Source: Malacoraja senta
Lineage: Eukaryota
Assembly (NCBI GenBank): GCA_038087875.1
Contig: CM075989.1
Span: 930,001 to 994,000 of the forward strand
DNA: 64,000 bases
Reading direction: 5' to 3'
Of this stretch, positions 61,501 to 64,000 are shown one piece after another; position 1 is the first letter of the stretch; each line of letters opens with the position of its first letter. The position numbers and the translations under genes were made by a program. A model generated the notes under the pieces. It did not search any database. It was not told where the DNA came from and worked only from the letters and a program-made list of their open reading frames with translations.

Positions 61501-61891
61501 CTCCAGTAGCTGACCGACCACATGTTTTCGGCTCATTGATCTATAGTTTCCCGGTTTCTTCTTGCAGCCCCTCTTAAACAGCGACCATGAGCCAACCTTG
61601 AGACATTCGGCGCCTCACCGTGTCTAAGGATGATTCATATATCTGTGCCAGAACACCGGCAATTTCTTCTCTAGCTTCCCACAACATCGTCGGACATATC
61701 CAATCCGCCCCGTGAGATGTATCTATCTTGAACTAACCACGTTGATTTCGTACAATATAATCTGAAACGGCTATAATCTTCCATGAATGTTTTTATTCCT
61801 GGGCCATGCTGCAGCGTTTGAAAAACATATATTTGATAGTGTGTCATTTTGAGGGTATCTGTGACTTTATTTCCTCGGCAGGAACATATGT
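58535..61891. repeat. Duplicated block, copy 2 of the GPCR upstream region
   Basis: Matches 1262-3931; differs by an insertion at 59113-59923, a deletion of about 180 bp and about 50 bp of extra sequence near 60128-60175. Confidence 0.95.
59113..59923 (-). mobile_element. Non-autonomous LINE-dependent element inserted after the duplication
   Basis: Absent from copy 1 (empty site about 1830-1836); minus strand begins gcggctcgcctgcagtccgtctg and ends AATAAA plus (TTGAC)n; internal short GC tandem repeat. Confidence 0.8.
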
Positions 61892-64000
61892 TCCGGAGCA
61901 CCAGCACAGAAAAGGTTCATCTACAACTTCCATCAACTCACCTGCGTCAGGGAAACGGCAGTAATCGGTGCCGTTTCAGACAAGCTGCTTTGGCAGCTGA
62001 AAGCGCTGGCAATTTCGCGATCTCCCGCAGCTGCGGGAGCCCCGGACTTTAAATTTTCCCACGCTGGCTGGAAAACTCCCGACCCGACTGAGGATCCCAG
62101 GTACTGTACCTGGAAACCCCGGGATGACCTCCAGAGCCCACGGGCCGGATTTCCCAGGAACAATGAAGCTGGAGCTGTCGACTTTGAAGGAATCCCCGTT
62201 CTAGCGCAGGTCCGCAGAAACAGCAGGTACAGGAAACTCAGCACCTGGAAACAAAGGGGAAGCCTCCATTGTGTCCGGAAACGTGGCCAACTGGCAGGAC
62301 TTCAGGTCAGACGGAAGCGCAGGGGACTTCGGCCCCCTCTCCCTACTATCCTACTGGCCAACGTACAGTCCCTTGAAAATAAAGTGGAGGACGTAAGGGC
62401 AAGGCTGCTTTACCAAAGGGAGCTGAGGGAATGCTCTGTGTTCTGTTTCACAGAGACATGGCTCACCCCCAGCTCCCCAGACTAAGCGGTCCAGCCTGAA
62501 GGGTTCTCCATCCACCGTATGGACCGTACACTGGCATCTGGGAAAGGGAGAGGAGGGGGCGTCTGCCTCATGGTCAACTCTGCGTGGTGCTCAGACGTGG
62601 CAGTCCTGTCCAACTCCTGCTCTCCACACCTCGAACATCTGGCGGTGAAGTGCCATCCCTTCTACCTCCCAAGGGAATTCACCTCCATCATCCTGACCGC
62701 GGTCTACATCCCACCCCAGGCAGACGTCCGTCTAGCACTGGAGGAGCTGCACGCCGTGGTCAACAAACACCAGACGTCTTACCCCGAGGCGTTCACCACC
62801 ATAGCCGGGGACTTCAATAAGGCAAACCTAAAGAAATCACTCCCTAACTTCCACCAACATGTCTCCTGCTGCACCAGAGGACCAAACACCCTCGACCACT
62901 GCTACACCACCATCAAGAATGCCTATCGCTCTATCCCTCGCCCTCACTTCGGTAAATCCGACCATGCTTCTTCCTGCCTACAGGCAGCAATTAAAGAGCG
63001 CACCCCCAGAGGTGAGGACAGTACAGAGCTGGTCGGGGGGGGGGGCAGAGGAACAACTCCAGGGCTGTTTGGAGCCTGTAGACTGGGCAATGTTCAAGGA
63101 CTCGGCAACGGACCTGAACGAATACGCCACAGTCGTTACAGACTTCATTAAGAAGTGTGTGGAGGACTGCATCCCCACCAAAACCTTCCGAGCGTTTCCC
63201 AATCAGAAACCTTGGATGAACTTTGAGATCCGCACTCTTCTGAAGTCCAGACACCGGGCATTCAAGTCTGATGATACAGTGGCCTACAAGAAGTCCAGAT
63301 ACGACCTTGGTAAGGCCATCAAAAAGGCCAAAAGGGACTTCTGCCCCAAAGTGGAGGATGAGACAGATGTTCGGCAGCTGTGGCGGGGCTTGAATGCAAT
63401 CACCTCCTACAAGGCGAAATCAGGAGGCAGCTCGAATGTCGGCGAAACATCACTCCCTGATGAGCTCAATGCATTTTACGCACGCTTTGATAGGGAGAAC
63501 ACCGATGTGCCTTGCCGATCCCCCATTCGCTGCGATGGTATTTCAGTCTCAGTCACAGAGGCCGACGTCAGGAAATCCTTCAGAGGGGTGAACCCTCGAA
63601 AAGCGCCTGATGGTATACCTGGTCGCGTTCTAAAAACCTGCGCGGACCAACTGGCTGGAGTTTTTACGGACATTTTCAACCTCTCACTTCTGAGGTCTGA
63701 GGTTCCCACCTGCTTCAAAAGGGCATCAATTATACCAGTGCCCAAGAAGAGTAAGGTGACATGCCTCAATGACTATCGACCTGTGGCACTAACGCCTGTG
63801 GTGATGAAGTGCTTTGAGAGGTTGATCATGACGCAGATCAACTCCTACCTCAACAAAAACCTGGACCCACTGCAGTTCGCTTACCGCCACAACAGATCAA
63901 TGGTGGATGCGATCTCGCTGGCCCTCCACTCCGCTCTGGACCACTTGGACAACAAAAACTCATATGTCAGGCTGTTATTCATCGATTACAGCTCGGCATT
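61892..64000 (+). mobile_element. Rex1/Babar-type LINE (APE and start of RT), lightly disrupted, runs off the window
   Basis: LANVQSLENK, CFTETWL, GGGVC, AGDFN, TLDHCY, SDH; LKTCADQLAGVFTDIFNLSL, DYRPVALT, LDPLQFAYR, LFIDYSSA. Confidence 0.92.

Noticed and set aside
1..64000. tRNA, rRNA or snRNA genes
   Set aside because: None recognised by eye; the only tRNA-related sequence seen is the Gypsy PBS at about 58346-58355.

Overview
Repeat-rich vertebrate genomic DNA. The repeat repertoire and the receptor family suggest a cartilaginous fish (skate, ray or shark); this is an inference. Only one host gene is visible: a two-exon class A GPCR of the GPR139/GPR142-like type (exon 1 4332-4398, exon 2 10289-11196, 324 aa). 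About 2.7 kb of its upstream region is duplicated 57 kb away (58535-61891), which suggests a tandem receptor cluster. The rest is a nested set of transposable elements: many CR1 LINEs (one with an intact 964-aa ORF2), L2, Rex1/Babar, a near full-length Tx1-type LINE, Penelope-like pieces carrying minimal hammerhead-ribozyme motifs, hAT, Harbinger-like and MULE-like non-autonomous DNA elements, a decayed Gypsy element and a gag-only ERV. The most notable element is a decayed retrovirus-like provirus (26371-42340, minus strand). It has gag, an in-frame TGA, PR-RT, two RNase H domains, integrase, and an env that looks like a viral F-type fusion glycoprotein. This is the architecture of lokiretroviruses. 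A solo LTR of the same family lies at 47851-48718. All calls were made by eye, without database searches.
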